64,000 bases of DNA from NCBI GenBank assembly GCA_965178125.1, contig OZ237756.1, positions 186,001 to 250,000 of the forward strand. Reading direction: 5' to 3'. The translations under genes were made by a program, and so were the position numbers. A model generated the notes under the pieces. That model did no database searches. It saw nothing but the letters and a program-made list of their open reading frames with translations, and was not told the origin of the DNA. The stretch comes from Bilabrum cf. latius (taxonomy: Eukaryota). Shown piece by piece: positions 24,470-38,831 of the stretch. Position 1 is the stretch's first letter, and each line of letters starts with the position of its first letter.

Positions 24470-27400
24470 ATGAGAGGGCTTCAGCGCCCAACGATTGCAT
24501 TAGCAGGAGCGCTATTCGCCGCAACTCAAGTTGCTGTTGCCTTGGATCCCGCCCAGCAGCTGTCGTGCACCCAAACATACAAAGACGAGGACGCTCTTAA
24601 AGATTTAGCCATCGGAGAGTCTATCTGGATTCGATGCCCTACGGCTGGGGCCGCCTGCGAGTCTGGTGACTACGATAGCACGAGTGTGTTCGGCTGCGGG
24701 TGGTACGCCGACACGTCATCTGTGTGTGGCGCTGCCGTGCATGCCCTAGGCGAAGGGTACATGTCACTAGGACGCAGGGTAAAAGTGACAGCGATTGCGG
24801 CGCAACCAGTTCGAGCATGCGAAGCCAATGGGTTTGAATCCGGACCTATGCCTGCGCCAGCCGGTCTGTTTCGGATCGAGCCTGAAGGGAGTGAGAACAA
24901 TAGCGTTAAAGGCCATACTTAGTATGGAAATTTAACGAACATGTCTATGGTGCTGTGTATCCCTCCTTATCCTCTGTATTACATGGTCCGCCTCCCCCGT
25001 GTATTGCAGTGCGTCAGGCAACGTGCCAGCACAGCATGGATGACCTGTTCCCAGACATCGAAGCCGGAGACGACCGCCTGGTATTTTGTCCAGCATACCA
25101 AACATGCGAGGCCAGCGCCCTGCAGAACGCCACGTCCTTCGTGGAGGGCGGCTGCTCAACCAGCTCGCCCTACTCGTCCCGCTCCTCGGTCTGCCTCGCG
25201 GCGGCAAAGTCCACGCAGTCGGACTTCGCAGGTGTGATGCGCGTCACCGCCACGCAGGGCTCCTCCACGCAGCCGTACTCGGCGTGCAGCGCCAACGGAA
25301 TAGAGGGCCGGTCAGGCCTTCCCTCCGCGCTGGGCTTCACGGCCAGCAACAGCTTCGCCGTCCCGCAGCAGGTGACCGTGACCCAGCGCAGGCTCATCAA
25401 CAGCAACTTGGACATCGAGGTGACCTGGAACAAGGCCCAGAGTGCGGGCACAAGCACGGCCGGACAGCCCATCGCGTACGCCGTCCGAGCCGCCCCCCTC
25501 TGCCTCGAGGAGCGGTTCGAATCCCAGGCCCGCTTCGACGACATGGAGGGCACGGGGGCCTACCAGTTCCAGAGGATCAACGGCCTGTCTGCCGCATCGA
25601 CCATGTCGCTCTCGGACACGCCCGGCAAGATGCTCATCGAGTCGGGCGGGGGCATGGCTGTTCCCGTCAACGGGGGTTGGAGCACCCCCACGATCCCCGC
25701 CCTCGTGTCCAACATGCGGGTGGACCATCACTCTGACTGGTCCGTGGAGACCGTGGTGGACCTCAAGTCACCCAACGGGGGGGAGTTCACGTATGGCATG
25801 CGTGGTGGCATCATGTTCCACAGGGACAACGGCCTGGGCTGGTACATGTGGTGCGCGGTGGTGACCTGGTCTGGCAACCAGGGCAAGTCCCTCATCGAAT
25901 GCAAGCAGGACAGGTCTCACGGTGCGCTTGCCTCTGCGACCCCTGTTCTTTCCGGAAAGGCGGGGCTGCGGATCGTGTACATGTCGGCAGCCAACGAGTT
26001 CGAAGCTTTCGTCAAGCCGGACAACCAAGGGGAGTGGGTCAAGTTCGGAACCATCCAGGTGCGAAGGCTCAGGCAGTCGAGGTACATCGGCCTCACCCGG
26101 GTGAGCGTTTTCATGAACGGACCCGCGAACACAAAGGTTCTCTTCGACGACTTCAGGATCCAGGCGGGCTCCAAGGACATCGGTTGGGCTCCGGGGACAG
26201 GGTACGAGGACGAGAGCAAGGGGTGCGCCGCTGCCCTGAGGGGCGCTGTGGGCGACTTGTACGCAAATGGCCAAGCGGTCGTCACGTACGTGGAGCACGA
26301 CTCGTCCGCCTCTACGACTCAGTCTGCCGTGGTGCCCGGCATACCCGATGTACCCAACGTCGTGACCGTGGTGGCTATCGGAGAGCACGGTCCGGGCCAG
26401 CCCTCCAAGATCGGGCCCTCGCTGTTCCTCAGACACGACCAGTTCGGGACGGATCCTGCGATCCTAGACCGAGGCAACATGCGGCTGAGCTTCGCCAACA
26501 ACCGCAACTTCGGCATCGACGTGCTCTACGACTTCACTCGATTCCCCGCCAAGCGAGGACCCGTGGGGTGGTGGTACCGCCAGGGCGGCCTGCACGACGC
26601 CAGGCAGGACACTGCCAGCAGGAGGCCCATCCTGCAACCGGGGTACAGGGGCGATCTGCCCGCCCTCGTGCTGGACGGGACGGCGGACCTGCGGGTGCCT
26701 GCAAGCGACCACGTGCGAATCACGTCGAATCAGAACGGAGTCGCGTTCGTGGGGCGGTTCGATCGCGTCACCGGTCAGACGTGGGCGCTGTCCCAAGGCA
26801 ACGAGGGCGACGCCGATGAGGGATATTCCATGCGCATCGGTGCGAACAACCGGCTGGATGCAGTGCTAAGGGGCAAGCAGGATGCGCTCATGCGGTCCAG
26901 GGGCACGCCCAACCTGGCCCGCAGGACGGACAACTGGAGGTGGTCGGAGCGGGGATCCAACACGATCATCATGACCAGCACCTACGGGGGCGGAGTCCAC
27001 GCGAGAAACCTGCAGATTGGCTCTGGGACGGTGAAAGCTGGCTCCGGCGGGCAGTCGTTCGTGGGTCCGGTTGGCACGGAGCGCGAGCCGGGGTACATCT
27101 GGTACGCCCGCTACCTGCTGGACGGATCGTGGACGAGCAGTGGGACATACAGCGGCGACTTGAGGCCCCGCTCCAGCAAGCCGCTCGTTTGGGGCGGGCG
27201 GCCCGACGGCACAAGCCGGGTCAAGGGTGAGATTTACGCCTTCTTCAAGTTCAAGTCCACCCCTTGGAACCGCGGATTCAACGACGCGGATCGGAGGCAG
27301 CTCTCGGATGGCATGGACGCCAAGTTCTACCAGAAGTGCCCCGCGATCATGGACACGCTGGCAGGCAGGTCCTCCGAGCCCAAGGCAGGCAACTCGCCCG

Positions 27401-30400
27401 ACAGCAAGAACAACCGCGTCAACTGCGAGTCGGGCCACGGCGTGCAGGCCACGCGCCAGTGCCAGATGCAGTGCAAGGACACCAACCACGTCCGCGTGCT
27501 GGGTCCTCCCGTCAGCGAGGCAATGCAGTGCATGAACGGAGGATGGTCCAAGCTGCCTGCCGTGTGCGGCGCAAAGTGCAGCGCGCTGCAGCGCCCGACC
27601 AACGTGCGCTCCTGCATGGTGGACATGCTCTTTGAAGACTTCTCACTTCCATTCCGTGGAGCTGTGAACGACCATTCTGGCTCCGGATGGATCATGGACG
27701 GGTACCGCATGCTGCCCGAGGGCCCCACGGATTTCTTCAAGAAGGCGGTTGCCATCCGGGAGGTGGGCACCGGTCATCCCGACTACGGGACAGCGGACCA
27801 GGCGGCCCTGCAGGTCGATTCCTACCGACGCATCCACTCGTACCAATCCCCTGGTGTGCTCCAGATCATCGCGGAGAACCCTGCCTGGCAGCAGGCAGCA
27901 GGCGTGCAGGAAACTGTCACCGTCTCGGCCCGCGTCAAGATCACGCACGGCCGCTTCGGGCTTCTGGCTCGTTACATTGACGAGGACAACTACATCGAGG
28001 CGGTGGTGGACCCCGCCTTGGACCAGGGGTACCCCCACGAGATCGCCGCCGTGGTGAGGGGAACTCGCACGGTGCTGGCCTCGAGCGAGGTGGCGGGCGT
28101 GTTCCCGCAGCAGTGGATCCACGTGGAGCTTGAGGTGGATGGACCGGGGAACAAACTCACGCTACGGGTGGACGGGCGAGCCATCGTGACGTACAGCGGC
28201 ACCATCCCGGTGGTCGCCGGCACGTTTGGGTTCACCAGCATCATGGGCTCCGCCAGGGTGCGCACCTTCGCGACCAGCCGCCCCTGCGACAACTTTGGCG
28301 GGGCGGCCATGCGGGAGGGCCTGCCGCTCATGAAGGTTCGCTTCGAGTGCAAGACGGGGTACGCCCCCGTGGTGGCCGGCTCCGAGAACAGGGACTGCGA
28401 TGGCGGCAGCTGGTCCGGGTCCGACCTTCAGTGCGCCCCGCAGCCGCCCCTGATCGCGAACCAGAGGAGGAACGTGGACGAGCACAGCCCTGTGGGTACC
28501 ATGATCGGGGAGCCCATCCTGGCAGTGAGCCCTCTCACCCTCATCTTCAGCATCGAGCGCGGCAACGAGGCGGGCCTGTTCGCCATCGACGCGTGCACGG
28601 GCCAGCTGACGGTGGACGCCGAGGGCATCGACTACCTCGTGGAGCAGCAGTACGAGCTCGGCGTGCAGGTCATGGCGGACGGCGACCAGCAGGCCGTGGC
28701 GAGCGCAAACGTGACCATTGACATCAACGACATCAACGTGGCCCCGCAGCTAACCACGTACGGCACACTGGCTCTAGAGGAGAACAGCCCGGTCGGTACC
28801 GTGGCGGATGGGTTCGTGGTAGCCAAGGACCCGGAAGGCGACCGCCAAGTGTGGAACGTGACCCGCGTGGATCCTCCTACCCTCAACGGGGCGTTCGTGC
28901 TGGAGCCAGCCACTCCCGGAAACCTGACCCACGCGGTGTTGAAGGTGGCCAAGGACCTGGGCAGCGGCTTCTATGGGCTGCTCAACTTCGAGAGCAACCC
29001 CAGCGTGAGGATCGTGGTGGAGGCAATCGACTCGATGGAGGAAGATATCCGCGCCTACGCAGTCTTCGATCTGGTCGTGTCGAACGGGGAGGACGCACCC
29101 GCCATCATCGCGGACCAGGTGCTCTTCATCGACGAGAAGGCCGTCACGCAGGCTGCCTTTGTGGGAGCGCCGGTCGGCCCTCAGATCCAGGTGCTGGACG
29201 AGGACGAGGGCGACTCCGTCTCTCTGACGCTGACCAGCGGGACGTTCGCCCTGTCCGCATTGGGCGGGCTGGGCACGGATGGCAGCGCGGGCACTCCTGG
29301 TGCCAATGACCTCCAGCTGAGCGTGGGCAGCCCCATCAATGGTAGCGTGTACTTCTAGCTGGACCGGGTGCTGACCCTGCAAGGATCCCCTGTTCGTACC
29401 GCGGTCCAAGGGCGGCTGACCCTGGCCGTGTACGCCGTGGATCTCACAGTGACGGACTCGTCCTCGAAGACCGGGACTGGCACGGTCCTAGTGGCCATCT
29501 CGCTGAACCCCGACTCGATCGCGTCCGGGGTGATGCAGAGCGTGGAGGTGCTGACGGTCGCTGCTGCGGGTGGGGACGACTCCTCGGTGGGCGACGGCAA
29601 GATGTCTACAACAGGTGGGGAAATCATCCGCATGCGCGGCACGTCCCAGCTGACAGACAGCACCACGAGCGCCTCGGTCAAACTGGGCGGCACGAGGACC
29701 AGTGATGGGGCCGTGTTCGAGTCCACTGACTGCTCCATCGTGGTGCTGCCCGACGGCACTGACCCGGACGACGGATCTGCTGTGGAAGGGGACAAGTATA
29801 TTGACTGCGTGGCGCCGGCCGGTATCGGGCAGGAGCTGCCTGTCGAGCTGCATGTGGACGGCATCCGCATCGAGACGACCCAGGTCCTGACCGTGTCCTA
29901 TCGGCAGCCTCTGGTGCAGGACGTGGTGGGAACCAACCCGGCGAGTCCCTCGGACGAGGGAATCGACGCGAGCAGCCTGCCTACGGAAGGAGGGGACAGG
30001 CTGTACGTCGTGGGCGAAGACTGGGGCAGCAACGCCACGGCACTGTCCGTGACCATGGGCCCGGCCTACCCCTACTATGACGCCGGGGCACCTGACGGTC
30101 TCGCGACGAATCCTACCCACATGTTCGGCTTCATGGAAGTGCAGGTGGTCTCGGCCAACCACAGCTTCGTGGAGCTGAGGACGCCGGCTGGAGTGGGGGC
30201 GGGCCACGCTCTGCGGATCTGCCTGCTGCGCGGGTGCTACTCGACCGCTGCCGTCGCCACGGTATCATTTGCGGGCCCCACGCTCAACTCGCTGAGCCCC
30301 GCAGGAGCCCTGTCGGCGCTCGACGAGCTCCCCACCGTGCACACGGACGCGCAGGGCGCGCCGATTCCCGACCTGCCGCAAGCCGACGTGCGCGGCACCA

Positions 30401-33400
30401 ACTTTGGGCCGGCCACGGCGCCTGATGAGGCCAAGATCGCGGTCGCACTGGAGATCCAGGTGCAGGCCAACCGGGCCAGCCTGGGCGAGAATCCTTCGGA
30501 TGAGGCGCTGGCAGCAGCGGAAGAGACCGTGGTGCAGACCGTGACGAACGCCGCCTCCCAGCCCCAGAACCAGCGAGACGTGGAGGTCACCCTGACGTAC
30601 GGCCAGGTGGACGAAGACGGGAGCACCGGGCTCATGTACACCACCGTGCCGTGCACCCGCGCGGGAGGCTCTTCCCTCAACGCCCACCGCCTGGCGACGT
30701 GTTCCCTGGTGGAGGGCGTGGGCGCAGGCCTCGCCCCCGCCGTGTCGCGCGATGATGCCCAAGGCCGATTCAACGTCGGCGGGTCGGTGGACGACGGCAC
30801 CGCGCTGTCGTACATCCGCCCCACGCTGGAGAGCGTCTCTGGCGAGGGCGCGCAGGGCGGTGCCACGGAAGGTGCGCAGCTGCTGGTGCTGACTGGGTCT
30901 GGCTTCGGTGCCGCCGGGCTCGAGTCGTCCCAACCTGACGGAGCCACGGTCGTGGACTACGTGCGGTACGGGCCTCTGGGCCAGTTCGCGGGAGACGATT
31001 CCGGGTTTGCGACCCCCGAGCTGGGCGCGGTTGCATTCGGCAACCTGACGGACGGGGATGGAGTTCGCTCCGCGACGAGCGCGTGGTACGGCGCCAGGTC
31101 CTGCAACGTAATCTCTGACACCGAGATGCATTGCCTGACGGCCGCTGGCACCGGTGCCCTCCACAGCGTGGTGGCAGCAGTGGGCGGTCAGCCCTCTAAC
31201 GCGCTTGTGCCCCTGGAAGGGGGCTCGGCGGGGCCTGCCGCGCCTGGCGTGTCGGACGACTCCCTCGCAGCCGAAGGGAGCGTGTCGTACGCGCCCCCCA
31301 CCCTCTCATTCTTCGAGGGACCGGGGTCCAGCGACGCTCTAGGCGTGGGTGGCCAGTCCGTGGAGATCAACGGGAGGAACCTGGGGCCATCCCTGGTCCC
31401 GGGCGGCAGGACCACGATCGTGTATACGCTCGAGTACACACCCGACGGGCAGCCCTCGTGGCAGGGGCCCGTCATCGAGACCTTTGCTCCGGAGAACTGC
31501 GCCATGACCGTGCCACACAAGCAGATTACCTGCGAGACGGACGCGGGTGCCGGCGAGGACCTCGTGTGGACAGTCACTGTGGACGGCCAGGCGTCAGCCA
31601 CGCCCACCACCGCGTATGCCCAGCCTGTCGTCACGAGCGTGCGGGGAGGCTTGAACCAGATCATCTCGTCCGCGCCTGTGGAGGGAGGCACGGAGCTGTT
31701 CATCCGGGGGAGGAACTTCGGGCCCCCAGGCACGAGACTGCTGGATGCCGTGCGGTACGGCTCCTATGCTGGCTTGACCGGGTCTGGATTCGGAGCCGCG
31801 TACCTGTACGAGTGCGCGAGGGCCACCGTGGTGTCGGACGACCTGATCACGTGCACGACCGTGGCCGGGCTGGGTCAGTTCCTACGCTTTGAGGTGGTGG
31901 TTGCGGGCCAGAAGAGCTCCATCTCGGGGTCCTACATGAGCTACGAGAGACCCACAGTGCACCACATCGAGCCGGCCACGTGGACCACGGACGCCGACGC
32001 AAACCCACTCCGCGTGCGAGTGTACGGCCAGTCCTTCTACGCCGGCTCCCAGTTCACGGCGGCCATCCAGTTCGGCAACTTTGGGGACCGCAGCCGCATC
32101 AACGACCTCCTGCCCATCATCGGAGGCGTGACTCGCGGCGTGCAGGACGGCGATTGGGCCGGCGGCATGATCGACACGAGCAGCTCGGAGACGTACCAGT
32201 ACGTCGAGTTCCAGCTGCCGTCCGGCTGGGGCGTGGACCGCGAGATCAATGTCGGCGTATATCCGGCCGAACTGGACTTGGCGACTGCTCGGTACTCGGC
32301 CAGCTTCTCCGATTCTTCAATCACGTGCATGGGAGAGGCCGACGGCCTCGAGTGCCTCTTCAGCTACGGTGACCCGGTGATCGACGCCGTGTCGGTGGCC
32401 GAGCCCACGAGGCAGGACGTGCTCGGTTTCATCAACTCGACCGAGGCGCTCAACTGCCCGGACCCTCTCAACGCGGACGTGCCGTACTGCGGGTTGTACT
32501 ACCTCGAGATCTTCGGGTCCAACCTCTGGGCGGGCGAGGACTCGAGGTGGGGCGACCTCGTCTTCACCGAGGTGGGGCAGCCCGGGGCCGTGCGGGCTGA
32601 GCCGTACTACGTGATGGAATGGTCTCACGGGGCCATCCGGGTGGTGCAGCCGCACACCCGCATGCAGGTCAAGGTGGACATCACCAGCTACTCGCCAAAC
32701 TACCAGGTCGAGGTGCGATCGACGGAATTCTTCGTGTTCGAGGACCTGGCTCCATCCATCGACGGCCTGCAGGGGCAGGGCACGCTCTTCCCCACGGCGG
32801 GCGGGGACCGGGCCAACGCCATCACGCTGCAGCTGGCCCACATGAAGGTGGGCAGGGAGGTGCGGGTGCTCATCGGTGGCACCGAGTGTGACGAGTACCT
32901 GGACGTGGGGGCCGACACGGTCAGGACGGGCCAGGCGCTGGGCGCCGCGGTGGCTCCAGGCACCGGGCTCCTGTCCCTCCGATGCGTAGTGCCCGAGGGC
33001 CAGGGCGCCGACAATCCCATCAGCATCCAGCAGTACGACTCTGCGAATGACGAGTGGATCCGCTCCGTGGACGACGGGTCCTCCATCGGCTACCTGCCCC
33101 CATCTCTCAGCGGGTTCGGCACGAGGGAGGCTTCGACCCCGCCGGCCGCCTTGCTGGAGGACACTGCCTTCGATTTCGCGCCGGGGTCGGGAGGTGCAGC
33201 GTCGGCCGAGATCGAGGCCAACACGGACGGGACGACCCTGGTCAAGATCGCCGGGAGCAACCTGGGCAAGTGCCCCGAGGTGCAGGTGGGCTCGCACCAG
33301 GCCATCTACTTCTGCGAGAGGCTCATCCGGTACACGGACTCGAACGGGAACAACATCGTGCAGCCGATCCCACCGGACGAGGGCGCGTTTGCGACCCACG

Positions 33401-36400
33401 GAGCCATCCAGTTCCTTGTTCCCCCGGGGCACGGTCGCTTCCTGCAGGTTCAGGTGTCGGTGGGCGGGCAGACGCCCACCACCGCGCCCCTGTTCTACAC
33501 TGCCAACTACAAGGCACCCGCGGTTACCTCCGTGCAGGGGGACACCTCCATCGACGCGGGGGTGGAAGGGCTCCGTGGATTCCCCACGCGGGGTGGGGTG
33601 AGCATCCAGCTGCTGGGCCGGCACTTCGGGCAACCCGAGGGCATGGGCGGGTATCCCGGGGAGGCCGACGATCTGCAGGCCATGACCCCCGTGCGGCGGG
33701 TCATGGTGGGCAGGCCAGGGGACTGGGTCGCGTGCCCCAACGTGACTCTCATCTCGGATCGCGAGATCGAGTGCACGCTGCCAGAGGGCACCGGTCGACT
33801 GATGGACGTCCAGGTGACCGTGGGGAACACGCCACCTGCAGACTCCCAGCAGGTTCTCTCCTACGATGCGCCCACCACCGTGCGGGCTGCTTCCAACCAC
33901 ACGGCCAAGGCTCTCCTCGAGTATGAGAGGGCACTCACTCGCTTCCAGTTCTTCGCCGGTGCGGACAGCCCCGTGACAGGGCAGCCCGCCCAGACCGCCC
34001 CGGAGTACCCCACCCTGCCCGACCCTCGCGACCAGGACTTGGACCTGACGTCTAATCTGGTGGTGGGCAGCCCCACCATGCGGGTGATCGACGCAAACCT
34101 GGCTGTCATCGAGGCAGACACGGACGGTGGGATGCTCCTCCGCGTCGAGGGCTCCAACTTCGGACCCGTGTCGCACCTGGACGCGGGCCGGTCCTGCGTG
34201 GCTCTGTCATGGCTGGGCCGCGCGCAGGCGGAAGAGCCCGTGTTCTGCGACGGCAAGGAGACGTACCACGGCGAGGGCGAGGTGGCCCGCTCCATGGTGC
34301 TGAGCTGGTCCCACGAGGTGATCGTCCTGAAGGTGCCCCAGGGAACAGGGGTGAGGCAGGTGAGGGTCATGGTCGACGGGAACGAGCTGAAGGGGGACCA
34401 CCGGAGGTTGTTCCCTGGAGGAGTCGCGAGTGCGAGCGTGACGAGCGACGCCCCCGCGGCCGACGTGGCCCAGGTGCCTCTGGTCCGATACCGGGCTCCG
34501 GCGCCCGAGTCCCTGACGCCGCTGTCGGGCCCGACCACCGGCGGCACCCGGCTCCAGCTCACCGGCCGCAATTTTGGCCCCTCCGTGCTGGACACCACTA
34601 CGAGCAACCTGACCTTTAGGGCAGGCCGCATGCCCGGCGCAGAGAGCGCCTTCGAGATCCCCACGACCGACTTGCGGCTGGACTTCCACACGAGGTGCCT
34701 CACCGCATCCAGGACACTCGAGGGGTCCGTGCCCAGGTACCTGTCCGGCTGCGAGTACTCGGTCGAGTCCCAGACCCACACCCGCATCGTGTTTTCCTCG
34801 CCCTCGGGCATCGGCGTGGATCGGACCATCAACGTGACGAGGATCGACTCGGGCGAGGTGGTCGCAGAGGCGCTGCGGAGATTCGGCTCCGGAGCCATGG
34901 GGTCGTTCCGGGAGGCGCTCGACCAGGCACAGTCCGTTGTCCCCCAGGGAACAAAGAGCGGGCAGGCCGAGGTCAGCGCAACGCTTGCCGATCGGTTCAG
35001 CTACGACCCCCCGACGGTGGCCTACACCACCCCGAGGATCGTGCTGCTGGAGGGCGAGACCGACGGCAAGCGGCTGACGGTCGCGGGCGACAACTACGGG
35101 AACGGCGCAAACGCCGAAAGGGACGCGTGGACGGAGGACGAGAGGGCGGTAGGGGTGCGTATCGGAGGGTTCGACTGCGGGAGCCCCAGGCGGATCGTGG
35201 AGGACGGCGAGACGCTGCTCTCGTGCGAAGTGCTGCCACAGAGCGTGGGGTACAAGAACGTGTCCATCCAGGTGGCGGGGCAGGGTGCGCTCGTCAGGGC
35301 CAACCGCACCTCCAAGGCCGTGCTCATGGCATGTGCCGCGGGCTACTACGGCCGCACTGGCGAGGAGTGCATCGAGTGCCCCAACGGCGCAGACTGCGGT
35401 GGGTACAGGGCGGAGGCAGTGGACGAGGTCAGCGATCGGCTGGGACTCGCTGTTGACCTGGGCAACAGCAGCAGCAGCGCCGTGGGCGAAGACGACGAGG
35501 ACAGGAATGCCGTGGTGGACCTGGTGCTGGACCGAATCGGCTACGACCCGAGGCACTCGTACCCGCGCCCGCTGGAGGGATTCTACGACCTCAACGGCAC
35601 CGACAGGGTCACGAGGGGTGTGGACGCGTGCCCTCCCAACTCGCGAGTGGACGGCAGGGACGTCTGTATCGCGCCGTGCATGCCGGACTGGGCCTGCGTG
35701 GGCGACAACTTCTGCGCCGTGGGGTACACGAGCAAGGCCCCGGCCTTCCGGTGCGCGAGCTGCGACACGGGCTACTACCGCAGGTCGGGCGAGTGCGTCA
35801 AGTGCCCCGACCAGCCGGCCGTGCTTCTTGCCGCGTTTGTGTTCATGGCCATCATGGGCGCCTCCATGGGATACTGGCTGAACCAGAAAGACATCAACGT
35901 CGCTCTCGTGTCGGTGGGTGTAGACTACCTGCAGGTGCTGGCAATCTTCGCCAACGCCCGCATCAGCTGGCCCCCGCTGATCCGCGACGTCCTATCGATC
36001 ATGTCCGCCTTCAACCTCAACCTGCAGATCACGGCACCCGAGTGCCTGGTGCCGGAAACCACCTACAAGACCAAGTGGATGATCATGATCTTCATGCCGC
36101 TGGGCATTTTCGCCGTGGTATTCGTGGCGCACACGGTTGCCATGTGCTACAAGCTGTGCTGCAAGGGCGAGAGGCGACTCAAGAACCTGTGCGACCACTG
36201 GCCCAAGCTCATCGCCGGTTCCATCGTGACGCTCTACTTCCTCTACCTGCACTTCACCTCCATGGTGTTCGAGGTCTTCGCGTGCATCCCGGCCTCCCCG
36301 CCCGACGGAAACCTCTACATGGTCGGCCTGTTCGAGAGGTGTGACGAGCCCGGTGGGACCCGCTCTCAACTCATGCCCTTCGCCATCATCGGCATGCTGG

Positions 36401-38016
36401 CGTACACCCTGGGCTTCCCCGCCTTCGTGTGGTGGCGCGTGTGGGTTTCGCAGGAGGTGGTTCAGTTCGACCAGCTGCTTCGGGCGGCCAGGCTGGGCTT
36501 CGAGAAGCCGCCAGAGGGCAAGGTGGAGGCCATCCAGGCGTGGAACTTCAGGGAGGCATACAAGCGGCTGACCTACCAGTTCAAGCCGGAGTTCTGCTTC
36601 TACATGCTGGTGCAGATCACGCGTAAGGCACTCATCGCACTGGCCGGCCTCATCCTGGCTGACAACGCGGGCTTCTAGATGGCCTTCGTCGTCCTCGTCC
36701 TCTTCATCTCGTACGCGGTGCACGTCCGCATCATGCCCTTCATGCCGCCCTCCGAGTTCGAGTCGGTGCTCATGGACTACAGCGACGGGTCGGACAAGGC
36801 CACCAAGATGGAGATGTACCTCGCCAACAGGCAGATCACCCCGGTGTCTGCGCCCTCCGGCACGGCGGCCTGCCTGACCTCCGTGTGCGGGGGGGCTGGG
36901 TCGGACGGTGCTCGCGGCGGTCCCTCCATCCCCTACGAGCTGGCCTTCCGCAAGAAGATGTACGGCAAGCTGACCAAGGTGCTGCAGGACAGGGGCAACA
37001 TGCTGACCGTGAACGCTCTGTACGGGGGCATGACGCGCACCGTCTCCGAGAGGCTCGGCTTCCTGCAGTACTACGCGCTCAACTGGAACGTGGTGGAGGG
37101 CACTCTGCTCTTCAGCGCGATCCTCGTGGTGCTCTCCGGTCTCATGTTCGAGAGCGGCAAGCTGGAGACGCAGGAGTACGAGTCGTCGAGGGATGCCCTG
37201 ACCTACCTCGTGCTCTTCGTCATCTTTGCCTCTCTGACCTACTACGTGTGCGTGTTCGCCCTCGAGATGTACCAGATGATCAACAGCCCAGATTCCATCA
37301 AACGTGGGGCGGCCATCAAGAACGCCAAGGGGGGAGGCAAGGGACACGCGGGCAAGGGCAAGGGCGCTCCGGTCAGCGCCTCGGAGATGCAGGCCGACGT
37401 GGAGAGGGGCCTGGGCGCCGGCATGGGCGCCGTGGAGCAGACCCTGGCCAAGCAGCAGGCGGCCCGGGAGGCGAGCACCAAGGACAGCGTGACCCGCAAC
37501 CCGCTGCTCCTCAAGAAGGCCGCCAGCAAGGCCAGGGCTGCGGCGGGTCAGTCCCAGCAGAGGGAGGAGGACGAGTTCGTCCGCAACCTGCAGCAGCGCA
37601 CGGGCGGCCTGGGTCCTGAAGAGTTCAGCGTGTTCCGTGAGGAGTACATCCGCACGCAGAAGGGGCTCCGGGACATGGCCAAGGAGAACCAGGAGCTGGT
37701 CAAGAAGCTGGCTAGGGCCGAAACGGTGGGAGCTGCGGGTCCAGGTGCTGGGGCTGGAGGGGCTGGTGTGAGCGCTCTGGAGGCAGGCGCGGCGGGAGCT
37801 AGTCTGATGCGGGCGGGGAGCCGCCGCGAAGGCGTGGGTGCGGTTGGCAGGAAGAAGGCGTTCGGGGCGGGCCTGTCGAGCTTCGGGAAGAAGCAGTCGT
37901 TGCGGAGCGGCATCGCGCCAAGAAGCAGGCTGACCAAGGGGGGCATGGGCGGCGTGGCGTCGGGCAAGCCGACGACTAAGAGTGGGCCTGGCGGTAGCGA
38001 CGGGCAGGCGAGCTGA
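24470..38016 (+). CDS. Giant (~4475 aa) cell-surface protein: signal peptide, 2 LCCL-like, FN3/ConA-LamG-like, sushi-like, cadherin repeats, many IPT/TIG repeats, Cys-rich region, multi-TM domain, coiled-coil tail
   Basis: Exon 24470-24890, intron 24891-25009 (GTGAG...TTGCAG, phase 1), exon 25010-38016. ORFs 24955, 29368 and 36679 are in frame and joined by TAG 29356 and 36676. Motifs: YADTSSVCGAAVHA (LCCL), DEHSPVGT, IDINDINVAP and LNFE (cadherin), repeated T.GG...G.NFG (IPT/TIG), VDYLQVLAIF followed by several TM helices. Ends TGA. Confidence 0.9.
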
Positions 38017-38831
38017 GCGTCGCTGAGCAGGAGCCCGGCGGTCTCGGCTTCGACGCCAGGAAAGGTGCGTGTGCTGAGTTTGCGTTTGCGTGTTGATGCC
38101 TGTTCATCAAGGCGGCGAGTGGAGACCAGAGGAGCACCTCATCGGGTCCAGGCTAGCTCCCCGTTCAATCGAGGACTAGGCCACACCAGGGCGCCGAGGT
38201 CGATCCACTGGATGGTTGTTTGCTTTTGCTATTGCTTTGTATCACCGATACATGTATCCCAAGTATGACATACCCCTCTGCCGAACAAAATTCAGCGAGA
38301 GCTAAGCCACCCCGCGGTATTCCACTTTTCAGTCCGTCTGCTAAGCCGCTACTGGTACACGCTGCATCCATCCGGATATGGATTCTGGATCAGAATCCTC
38401 CGATAAGTCGCGTGGCTGAGAGTCCAGCCTGGGGCATGCGTCCGAATCACTGGCTGGCCAACAGAAAGGGTGCCAGAGCTGCAAAATTGCTTTCTAGACA
38501 TCCACGGGGTTTTTCCAATGCTGCTTGGTTGCTAGGGCAGTGTTGGCCGAGGGGCCGGTGCCGAGATTCTCGGAGTCCGACGAGTCGGCGATGACTTCAG
38601 CAGCCCTCTCGGCACCTGTCCCTCGGCCATACACTGGCAGCGGCACAATGCACGGGCAATGACCATACACCAACGACCCCAACGAGATGCGCAAATCGAG
38701 AACTTCCTGCAGCTCGAACGATACCAGGCACAATCCTCAGTTGAATCGAAAAGCGAGCCGCCGACCGCCCATTGAGCACTATCCACACAAATGCTCCCGC
38801 CGGCACTCGTCTATTCACTAGCAAGGCATCA

